In this document: positions 47,693-54,993 of the stretch, piece by piece
Layout: each line of letters starts with the position of its first letter
Numbering within the stretch: the stretch's first letter is position 1
Source of the DNA: Candidatus Methylomirabilota bacterium
GTDB lineage: Bacteria; Methylomirabilota; Methylomirabilia; Rokubacteriales; CSP1-6
Reading direction: 5' to 3'
Assembly: GCA_036506275.1 (NCBI GenBank)
Contig: DASXSB010000031.1
Coordinates: forward strand, 642-64,641
Length of the DNA stretch: 64,000 nucleotides
Notes under the pieces: model-generated
What the model saw: the letters and a program-made list of their open reading frames with translations, nothing else
The model's database searches: none
Told to the model about the DNA's origin: nothing
Translations under genes and position numbers: made by a program

Positions 47693-49566
47693 GCGGCGGC
47701 GCCCACGACGACGGTCCCCTCGGGCGCCCACTGCTTCAGCCATCGTTCGAGCTTGACGAGGTTCCACAGAAGGGTGCGGGAGGGCACGTGTCCGCCGAGA
47801 TACCGGTCGCGCATCTGCTCGGCCTCGGCGCGCCGCACGTAGGCGAAGACACGGGCGTCGGCGCCGAAGAGCTCGCGATCCCAGCATCGCGCCTCCAGAC
47901 GCGCGGTGAGCTCGGGATCCCGGGATCCGACCGCGTGGGTGTTCTCCGCACCTCGCGCCGGCCCGGCCGCGGATGCGAGGGCATGCTGGACGAACTGCTT
48001 GCGGTATCCGCGTCCGAGCTTCACATCGGCGGGCACGGCGAGGAAGAACTCGATGAGTCGCCGGTCCAGGTACGGGTACCGGCACTCGAGCCCGAACGCC
48101 GACGCCACGGCGTCCATCTGATCGAGCGCGAACACCGTGGCCGGATTCGTGAGTGCCCGGTACGTCGTCTCCTGGCACCAGGTGGGAAACGTGCGCGGCG
48201 GACGCTCCACCGTCCGCTCTTGCATGCCCACCCGCTTCGCGAACGCGGGCTCGATCCACTCCGGCACCTGCCGTCCCGCCAGCGTCTTCACGCGCCGGCG
48301 CCACGCGGGAGAAAGCTGGCCCCAGAGCAGCCAGAGCAGCGTGGCGGCCGAGGCGTCACCGCCGTAGGCGGCAGCGCGGAGGCGGAGGTCGCGGCGCAGT
48401 CGGAGCAGCCGCCCGGCGCGGAGGAGGTCCGCCAGGAATCCGTCCTCGGCGCTCTGGCTCAGCTCGTCGGCGCCGAAGCCGCTGAGCAGGGTGCGACAGC
48501 CGACGTTCCGCGCCGGCTCGAGAAGGAGGGGGACCGTCGGCAAGCCGTCGTGGTGCGGTGTTTCCCCGCACTCCATGAACGGCTCGAACGACGTCACCGG
48601 CGCGCCGCCCGCGGACGGAACGACGCGACGTATCGGTGTCCCGTACACCAGCTCCAGCCATTCGAGCGCGCCCGCCTCCTCCGCGTACATCTCGTCGTCG
48701 AAGAGCGTGAGGCCCTCCAGGGGAGGCAATCCCGGATCGTCGGCGCGCAACGATTCCGCGGTGGCGGCCACCGACGTGGAATCGATCCCGCCGCTGAGCA
48801 ACATTGCGACGGGACCTCTCCCCGGGAGCCGGCACCCGACCGCGTCCCGGAACAGCGCCGTGAAGTGATCGAGATAGTCGTCCTCGCGGCGATAGCGAAG
48901 CTCGCCTCCACTCGCGGGCGTCCAGTAGCGAACGATCTCCACGCCATGGGGACGGAGCCGCAGAACGTGTCCGGGCGGGAGCCGCCGAATCTCCGCGAAG
49001 AAGGTGGCGCTGGAATCGCGAAAGCCCATGAGGAGGAGATCGGCGACGGTGGCCTCGTCCAGCCCGCGGCCGACGTCGGGATCGGCGAATAGTGCCTTGA
49101 TCTCCGACGCGAACAGCAGGCGGCGGCCGTTCCAGTGGTAGTAGAGCGGCTTGACGCCGAGCGCGTCGCGCGCGCAGAGCAGCGTCCGCGTGCGCTCGTC
49201 CCACAGCGCGAGCGCGAAGTCGCCGGCGATCCGCGCAAACGCGTCTTCACCGCGGGCGCGGTATATCTCCAAGATCATCTCGGCGTCGGACCAAGCGGAC
49301 GTCGCGCGCTCGGCGCCGAGCACGGCGCGATCGTCGACTCGTCCGTCCCAGGTGATCCAGCACTGGCCCGCCGCATCCGCCACCGGGGCCTTTTCGCGCA
49401 GCGACGCCGGCGTGGTGGCGAAGAGGCGGTGCCCGAGCGCGATCGGCCCTTTCGCCCACTGCCCCTCACCGTCCCGCCCACGGTGCGAGAGAGCCTCGGT
49501 CATCCGCGCCAGCAGCGCGGGGTCGGCGAGACCGCCGTCGACGCGGCAGATACCGGCGATGCCGCT
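47689..49566 (-). CDS. lasso peptide lactam synthetase, asparagine-synthetase-like cyclase paralog 1
   Basis: ATG near 49566 gives MSGIAGICRVDGG.... It has Ser, not Cys, at position 2 and the PP-loop LLSGGIDST. Its start overlaps the B2 stop (ATGA). My local indexing is uncertain by about 3 nt. Confidence 0.8.
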   Translation of the reverse strand, partial: SGIAGICRVDGGLADPALLARMTEALSHRGRDGEGQWAKGPIALGHRLFATTPASLREKAPVADAAGQCWITWDGRVDDRAVLGAERATSAWSDAEMILEIYRARGEDAFARIAGDFALALWDERTRTLLCARDALGVKPLYYHWNGRRLLFASEIKALFADPDVGRGLDEATVADLLLMGFRDSSATFFAEIRRLPPGHVLRLRPHGVEIVRYWTPASGGELRYRREDDYLDHFTALFRDAVGCRLPGRGPVAMLLSGGIDSTSVAATAESLRADDPGLPPLEGLTLFDDEMYAEEAGALEWLELVYGTPIRRVVPSAGGAPVTSFEPFMECGETPHHDGLPTVPLLLEPARNVGCRTLLSGFGADELSQSAEDGFLADLLRAGRLLRLRRDLRLRAAAYGGDASAATLLWLLWGQLSPAWRRRVKTLAGRQVPEWIEPAFAKRVGMQERTVERPPRTFPTWCQETTYRALTNPATVFALDQMDAVASAFGLECRYPYLDRRLIEFFLAVPADVKLGRGYRKQFVQHALASAAGPARGAENTHAVGSRDPELTARLEARCWDRELFGADARVFAYVRRAEAEQMRDRYLGGHVPSRTLLWNLVKLERWLKQWAPEGTVVVGAAA

Positions 49567-50003
49567 CATCGTGGAGATCCCGCGCGCGTGGAGAGCAGAG
49601 GCGCGAAGCCGCATCCGTCGTCGCCGAACAGCACTTCCCCGTCGCGCTCGAGCCAGGCGTGGGCGGCGAGCGCGCCGTCGCGGCGGGCGACGCCGATCTG
49701 GAGCGTGGTGGCGATGCCGCGGCGGCGGAGGAGCCAGGAGAGAACGAGCGCTTGCTTGAGGCAGGTCACGCGCCCCGGCGCGTAGCGGCCGGCGACCTCG
49801 ACCAGCCACGCCAGCCGTGCGATCGACAGCGACGACCCTGCCGGCGCCGGGGGGCACCCGGGAAAGACGTCGGCCAGCTTCAGCAACGACGCGAGGGGAA
49901 GAAAGACGAGGCCGGCATCGGCGACGAAGAAGAGAACCCAGGCACGAACGAGGAGCGCGCGCTCCCCCCGCGGAAGCTGCGCGAGCTTAAGCAGCCGCCC
50001 CAC
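49563..50003 (-). CDS. lasso peptide leader peptidase B2 (transglutaminase-like cysteine protease)
   Basis: Probable GTG start about 14 nt before the B1 stop gives VGRLLKLAQLPRGERALLVRAWVLFF...; Cys-His-Asp triad context in GRVTCLKQALVLSWLLRRRGIATTLQIGV and ALAAHAWLERDGEVL (Transglut_core3-like). Confidence 0.8.
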
Positions 50004-50286
50004 GCTCCACGTCCACCAGCTCGTTCTCGCGCAGGGCCACCACCAGGCGCAGGAGGTCCCACTCGGCCTCGTCCGGCGTGACATCGTACTCGGCGAGAAC
50101 CGCCGCGAGGGCAGCGCTCAGCGTCGGATCACGGGTGAGCGCCTGCCAGATGGTCGTGCCCACCGGATCGAGACCGAAGTAGACGCCCGTGGTGAGGTTG
50201 AGAATGACGGCCTCGCCGTCGAGATCGCGCGAGACCACGTCGGAGCGAATGCGGATGCGCGTGTCGAGCGTGATGCCGCCCTTCAT
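49987..50286 (-). CDS. lasso peptide leader-binding protein B1 (PqqD-like RRE)
   Basis: ATG at 50286 gives MKGGITLDTRIRIRSDVVSRDLDGEAVILNLTTGVYFGLDPVGTTIWQAL..., a typical PqqD/RRE winged-helix sequence. The track ORF extends far upstream as an antisense artefact. Confidence 0.8.
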   Translation of the reverse strand: MKGGITLDTRIRIRSDVVSRDLDGEAVILNLTTGVYFGLDPVGTTIWQALTRDPTLSAALAAVLAEYDVTPDEAEWDLLRLVVALRENELVDVERGAAA

Positions 50287-50405
50287 CGCAGCCGAAGAGC
50301 CATCGCACCCGGCGGCGCCGGCATAGCCGAGAAGGCTCCAAGCACTCGGCATCACCGTAACAGAGACCGGCGGCGCCGGATGCGCATTAAATGACCGCCG
50401 CCCCC

Positions 50406-50477
50406 GTCTGATCGCGGGTGCGACCCGGTCTGATCCGAGGCGGCCCCGCGTGATCGCGGCGCGACGGAGGTCTGATC
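50406..50477. promoter_or_regulatory. array of four direct repeats (G)GTCTGATC(G) at about 21-22-bp spacing in the divergent lasso-operon/GGT promoter region
   Basis: Plus-strand copies at 50406, 50428, 50449 (degenerate, TGATCGC only) and 50470. They lie in the 260-bp intergenic region between the B1 start (50286) and the GGT start. Confidence 0.45.
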
Positions 50478-50547
50478 GCCCGCCAGGCCCGGTATGATGG
50501 CGGGCGTGACTTCGTCTCGATGGCCGGAGGCGCACGCGCGCTGCGGC

Positions 50548-52122
50548 ATGGTCGCCTCCCCTCACGCGCTCGCGTCTCAGGCGGGCGTGGCGATCCTCGC
50601 CGCCGGCGGCAACGCCATCGATGCCGCGATCGCCGCCGCCATCACGCTCGCGGTCGTCTATCCGCACATGAACGGCATCGGCGGCGACAACGTCTGGCTC
50701 ATCTACGACGCCGGCCGCGCCGACCTGCGCGGCCTGAACGCCGCTGGCCGCTCCGCGGCGTCGGTGACGCTCGACGCCTACCGGGCGCGCCACGACGGCG
50801 CGATGCCGATCCGCGGCGGTGCCGCCGCGCTCATGGTGCCGGGTACAGTGTCGGGGTGGTGGGAGGCGCATCGCTACAGCCGGGATCGCATGGGCTCGCC
50901 GGTGGCGTGGACGACGCTCTTCGACCACGCCATCCGCCACGCGCGCGACGGATTTCCGGCATCGGCCGCCCAGCGGCGGATGACCACGGCCGCGCCGGGA
51001 ATCTTCGAGCCGAGCGCCGCTGCCGACGTGCGGCGGACGCTGTGGCCGATCTACCATCCGGATAGACTGACCGCGCCTGCCTTCGTCCAGACCGATCTCG
51101 GCGCCACGCTGGCGGCGGTGGCGGCGGGCGGGAGCGACGAGTTCTATCGCGGCGCGCTCGCGCGGCGCTTGGTGGCAGGCGCCGCCGCCGTCGGGAGCCC
51201 GCTCACCGCTGCCGACCTGGAATCACACCGCGCGGATTGGGTCACGCCGCTGCGCATCCTTTATCGGGGTGGGGAGGCGGCGACCCTTCCCCCGCCGACG
51301 CAGGGCATGTCCGCGCTCGCGATCCTGGCCCTGCTCGAAGGCTTCGAGCTCGATGTCCTCGACGACGCCACCTACGTCCATCTCGTCGTGGAGGCGACGA
51401 AGCTCGCCTTCGAGGACCGCGACCGCTACCTTGCGGACCCCACCGTCGTCGCCGTGCCCGTGGAGACGTGTCTCGACCGTGGGCGCCTCGAGCACCGTCG
51501 CACGGCCATCTCCGCGCGAGCGGCGAGGCCGGCCGCGAGCGCGCATGCGGGCGGCGGTGACACGGTGGCCATCGTGACCGCGGACGCGGACGGCAACGCG
51601 GTGTCGGTGATCCAGAGCCTCTACCACGAGTTCGGAGCGGGCGTGGTGGCGGGAGACACCGGCATCGTGCTGCAGAACCGCGGCGCCTTCTTCTCGCTCG
51701 ATCCGGCGCATCCCAACTGTCTGGCGCCGCGCAAGCGCACCGCCCACACGCTGATCCCGTCGATGTACCTCGTCGGGGGGCGGCCACGCTTCGTCTACGG
51801 CACCATGGGCGGCGAAGGGCAGCCGCAAACACAGGCCGCGCTCGTCACACGACTGGTCGACCGTGGCCTCGGCCCCCAGGCCGCGGTCGAGGCACCGCGC
51901 TGGCTTTTCGGCCGCACGTGGGGCGAGGTGTCGCGCAGCCTTCGCCTCGAAGGGCGCTTCGGTCCGGCGACGGCGGAGGCGCTGCGCGCGCGGGGGCACG
52001 ACGTCGTGCTGATCGACGACTGGAGCGATCTCGTCGGCCACGCCCAGGTGATCCAACTCGACGGCGACGGCCTGCGCGGCGGATCGGACCCGCGCGCGGA
52101 CGGTGCTGCTCTCGGGTGGTGA
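50548..52122 (+). CDS. gamma-glutamyltransferase-family protein
   Basis: GGT motifs are present (MVASPHALASQAGVAILAAGGNAIDAAIA; catalytic Thr region TTHTLIPSMYL-like; GGEGQPQTQAAL). The start could be at 50494 or 50548. Confidence 0.8.
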   Translation: MVASPHALASQAGVAILAAGGNAIDAAIAAAITLAVVYPHMNGIGGDNVWLIYDAGRADLRGLNAAGRSAASVTLDAYRARHDGAMPIRGGAAALMVPGTVSGWWEAHRYSRDRMGSPVAWTTLFDHAIRHARDGFPASAAQRRMTTAAPGIFEPSAAADVRRTLWPIYHPDRLTAPAFVQTDLGATLAAVAAGGSDEFYRGALARRLVAGAAAVGSPLTAADLESHRADWVTPLRILYRGGEAATLPPPTQGMSALAILALLEGFELDVLDDATYVHLVVEATKLAFEDRDRYLADPTVVAVPVETCLDRGRLEHRRTAISARAARPAASAHAGGGDTVAIVTADADGNAVSVIQSLYHEFGAGVVAGDTGIVLQNRGAFFSLDPAHPNCLAPRKRTAHTLIPSMYLVGGRPRFVYGTMGGEGQPQTQAALVTRLVDRGLGPQAAVEAPRWLFGRTWGEVSRSLRLEGRFGPATAEALRARGHDVVLIDDWSDLVGHAQVIQLDGDGLRGGSDPRADGAALGW

Positions 52123-52131
52123 CGGACTCCG

Positions 52132-53226
52132 CTATCGTAGGAGTCGCGCGTAATTCTGGCGGCAGCTTACGACTTTCGGATGACCCGGCCCGAGCGATCT
52201 CTCGAAAATCCGGAGGGCGCGTCGATAGAGCGCCTCCGCCCTCGTTCCCCTACCCGTCTGCTTGTTGAGCAGCGCGAGGTTGTTCAGCGTCATGGCGACA
52301 TCCGGATGCTCACGGCCAAGCACTCTCTCCTTGACCGCCAGGGCTCGCTGATAGAGCCGCTCGGCTTTCGCGTGCTCGCCCCGCGCTTGGTGTATGGCCG
52401 CCAGATTGTTGAAGTTTACGGCGAGCTCGTAGTGGTTGCGGCCGAACCTGCGTTCGAAGACTGTGATTGCTCTGCGATACAGCGGCTCCGCCTCATGGTG
52501 CTTGCCCTGACGATCGAGGATCGCCGCCAGCGCGGCCGCGTCGGCCGCCACATCGCGATGATTCGCACCGAGCCCTTTCTGCCTGATCTCCACCGAGCGC
52601 CGGGCGAACGACTCGGCCCGGGCATACCTGCCGCGGGCGTGCTCGAGGCCACCCAGGTTGTGATAGATCGTCGCGACCTCGGGATGGCTCGCGCCGAGCG
52701 CTCTTTTCGTGATCGACAGCGCCCGACCGTAGAGCCGCCGCGCCTCGTCGAAACGCCCCGTGTACTTATAGAGAACGGCCAGGTTGTTGAGCAGGGCCGC
52801 AGACTGCAGATCGTCGGTACCGAACTTGGCTCGTGCGATACGCAGCGCGCGCGCGAAGAGTCGCGCCGCCTCGCGATAGCGGCCCTGCACGCGCTGGATG
52901 TTGGCGAGCTTGCCGAGTGCGTCCGCATAGAGCCTGTCGGCGCGGTCAACGCCACGTGTCTCCCCGAGAATTTCGACGCAGCGACGGTAACACCGTTCGG
53001 CGTCGGCATACTCGCTGCACTCCTCGTGAATCGCGCCCAGCGTTTTCAGGACGCGCGCGCTGTCGGGACTCTGGGCCCCGCCCGCGCGCTTCAGGACCCT
53101 CAGCGCGCGAGCGCAGGCCCGTCGCGCCTTCGCATACTCCCCGCGCCCGAGGTCGAGCGTGGCGAGATGGTGAAGCCGGCGCGTCTCTTCATATCCCTCC
53201 TTGCGATCGCGTCCGTTCCGGATCAC
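52132..53226 (-). CDS. tetratricopeptide-repeat (TPR_10/12-type) protein
   Basis: 364 aa made almost entirely of about 42-aa TPR units (ALxxLAxLYxxQGRYxEAEPLYRRAL...). Its GTG start overlaps the stop of small peptide P1 (GTGA). Confidence 0.8.
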   Translation of the reverse strand: MIRNGRDRKEGYEETRRLHHLATLDLGRGEYAKARRACARALRVLKRAGGAQSPDSARVLKTLGAIHEECSEYADAERCYRRCVEILGETRGVDRADRLYADALGKLANIQRVQGRYREAARLFARALRIARAKFGTDDLQSAALLNNLAVLYKYTGRFDEARRLYGRALSITKRALGASHPEVATIYHNLGGLEHARGRYARAESFARRSVEIRQKGLGANHRDVAADAAALAAILDRQGKHHEAEPLYRRAITVFERRFGRNHYELAVNFNNLAAIHQARGEHAKAERLYQRALAVKERVLGREHPDVAMTLNNLALLNKQTGRGTRAEALYRRALRIFERSLGPGHPKVVSCRQNYARLLR

Positions 53227-53405
53227 GGCGTCTGGCGCACCTCGTCGACGAGCAGTGTCTCGTTGTGGTTCAGGCCGCAGCCGGGACGACCGACTTGGTC
53301 TGAGCCGCCCCCGCTGACCTTCGTCGCGCTCGCCTTCTTCGGTGGTAGGTCCTTGACCCTGGTGCGTGCCGACGTCTTCTTCGGTTGACCTTTCGTGCTC
53401 TTCAT
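53223..53405 (-). CDS. small peptide P1 (60 aa) of a three-member paralogous family
   Basis: MKSTKGQPKKTSARTRVKDLPPKKASATKVSGGGSDQVGRPGCGLNHNETLLVDEVRQTP, with a GGGAGG RBS. It shares the VKDLPPKK...GG...RPGCxxNHNETLLxD pattern with P2. Confidence 0.65.
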   Translation of the reverse strand: MKSTKGQPKKTSARTRVKDLPPKKASATKVSGGGSDQVGRPGCGLNHNETLLVDEVRQTP

Positions 53406-53429
53406 CGCTGCCTCCCTGGGTCCCGTTCG

Positions 53430-53606
53430 TTAACGCGCCGCCTGGCGAGCGTCGAGGAGCAAGGTCTCGTTGTGGTTGATGTTGCAGCCCGGTCGATAGA
53501 CTTCGTCCGAGCCGCCCTTGACCTTCACCTCGCGCGTCTTCTTCGGTGGCAGGTCCTTGACCGTGGTGCGTGCCGTCGTCTTCTTCGTCGGGCTCTTCTC
53601 TCTCAT
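53430..53606 (-). CDS. small peptide P2 (58 aa), paralog of P1
   Basis: MREKSPTKKTTARTTVKDLPPKKTREVKVKGGSDEVYRPGCNINHNETLLLDARQAAR, with a GGGAGG RBS and a 24-nt spacer to P1. It is under 60 aa and so not in the track. Confidence 0.65.
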   Translation of the reverse strand: MREKSPTKKTTARTTVKDLPPKKTREVKVKGGSDEVYRPGCNINHNETLLLDARQAAR

Positions 53607-53918
53607 CTTCGCCTCCCGTCGATTCTCAGATCGTGGTTGCTGCGCACAGTGAACTATGCAACGGGCATACCGGAAATGCGCTGCCGTAAGCCTCCAGCAA
53701 CTTTTCTTGGGTGATCACAGGAGATCTAAAGACAAGCCACAGGAACTGAGGGAACACGCGACCGTCAGTGTCTACTGCAGCAGACGGCATGGCTACAGAA
53801 GTAGACGGTTCCGACGTCTTCACTGTCCATACCGAGGTCGCCTGGGATTAGAACGGGGTTCCCGTGCTGCCTCGGCGCAGGCGCTAAGTTGGGCGACTTC
53901 CTGCGCTGCCACCAAACG

Positions 53919-54056
53919 TCAACCTGCCGCTTCGCGTACCTTCTGACCGCCCTGCACGCGCTCCCCCTTGGCGCCGGCCGGCAGGTCCTCCAGACGAGCC
54001 TTAGGACGTTGCTCCTCACGCTGGTTGGTCGTCTCTACCTTCGTGTCCTGGTCCAT
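53919..54056 (-). CDS. small peptide P3 (44 aa), truncated or divergent paralog of P1/P2
   Basis: MDQDTKVETTNQREEQRPKARLEDLPAGAKGERVQGGQKVREAAG with an AAGGGAGAG RBS. It shares the LEDLP...V.GG leader-like segment but lacks the Cys/NHNETLL core. Confidence 0.45.
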   Translation of the reverse strand: MDQDTKVETTNQREEQRPKARLEDLPAGAKGERVQGGQKVREAAG

Positions 54057-54289
54057 GATCACTGCTCTCCCTTGGTGACGGTGCAGCCGAAGAGTCCTGG
54101 CTTCATCGCATCTCTTCCCCCGCCTCGTTCGCTGAGGCGACGTAGCCTAGCACGGGCGTGCGGCAAGCACCGTGCCAAATCCACAGCGCGCACCTCGGCG
54201 CAGAACATCGCTGTATGAAAGCGTTGACGGTAGGCGATCAGAACGAGGCAAGAGCCGAGGCGTGCCTCATCACGAAGACAGTGTGTCTT

Positions 54290-54466
54290 CGAAAGGCGTC
54301 AGCACCGCCGGGCGGTCACCACGTGGACAAAATTCTGAAAAGCGCGAAGCCGAGCGAGTTGCCGGTCGAAACTCAAGACCGGCAAACCCTGGGCCTCACG
54401 ATCCCGCCGTGGTTCCTGTCGCGCGCGAGATCATCCAATGACGTCGTCCGATCCGACACGTCTTAG
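54290..54466 (+). pseudogene. decayed C-terminal fragment of an ABC-transporter substrate-binding protein
   Basis: The translation ...HHVDKILKSAKPSELPVETQDRQTLGLTIPPWFLSRARSSNDV resembles the conserved C-terminus of ABC SBPs (motif: ...[35 protein letters not shown]...) with an internal deletion. It sits in a lower-GC region with no intact ORF. Confidence 0.45.
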
Positions 54467-54990
54467 TCCAGCGCGACCTCCCTGGAGAACACCGTGAACG
54501 AGGAGCGGCGGGTGGCGGCGAGCGCCTCGCTGATCTCGGCGGCGCCGCGGCCGGCGCCCTGACGCAGGAGCACCTCGAAGAAGCGTGTGTAGAACCAGTC
54601 GGGGTAGACCACGACGCTGAAGCGCGCGCGCACGCCGGGCGCGCCCGCGCGCCCCCGATACTCGAGCACCGCCGTCGCGCCCGGGAGCAGGCGCGTGTCG
54701 CTCACCTCGGCGGCGAGGTCGAGGGTGACGTCGCGGGCGATCACCGTCTCCTGCCGCGTTCCCGCCACCACCTGCCCCGCTCCGTCCACGAGCTCACCGC
54801 GCAAGACCACCCGTGGCGTGACGTAGGTCGGAAACGCGTGCCCCACCCCCGTGTTGGTGACGCTCAGGGTGCCGATCACGCGATCGCCGTCGCGCGACGG
54901 CGGTGACGCCCCGTCGAGCTTGACCGTGATGCCGGAGCGCACCATCTCCGCGTCGTGGATGCCGCGCCACAGATGGCGGCGATCCGGCAT
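54463..54990 (-). CDS. hypothetical protein encoded 4 nt downstream of the multiheme cytochrome
   Basis: 175 aa with no recognisable motifs. It is co-directional and essentially abutting the cytochrome gene. Confidence 0.4.
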   Translation of the reverse strand: MPDRRHLWRGIHDAEMVRSGITVKLDGASPPSRDGDRVIGTLSVTNTGVGHAFPTYVTPRVVLRGELVDGAGQVVAGTRQETVIARDVTLDLAAEVSDTRLLPGATAVLEYRGRAGAPGVRARFSVVVYPDWFYTRFFEVLLRQGAGRGAAEISEALAATRRSSFTVFSREVALD

Positions 54991-54993
54991 GTG

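Noticed and set aside
50406-50477. CRISPR array.
   Set aside because: There are only four 8-9-bp repeats with about 13-bp spacers, far below CRISPR repeat and spacer sizes, and there are no cas genes.
50352-50549. 65-aa minus-strand ORF in the B1/GGT intergenic region (MPQRACASGHRDEVTP|AIIPGLAGD...), first considered as the lasso precursor (Thr at -2, Ala1...Asp9).
   Set aside because: Its core would be 49 aa. It lacks the YxxPxL leader motif. Its repeated DQT codons derive from the DNA-level GATCAGACC direct repeats. A far better precursor (45660..45815) exists inside the operon.
53223-53606. P1/P2 peptides as in-trans lasso precursors for the nearby cluster.
   Set aside because: There is no acidic residue at core positions 7-9 after any plausible GG or T-x cleavage site, and no YxxPxL leader motif.
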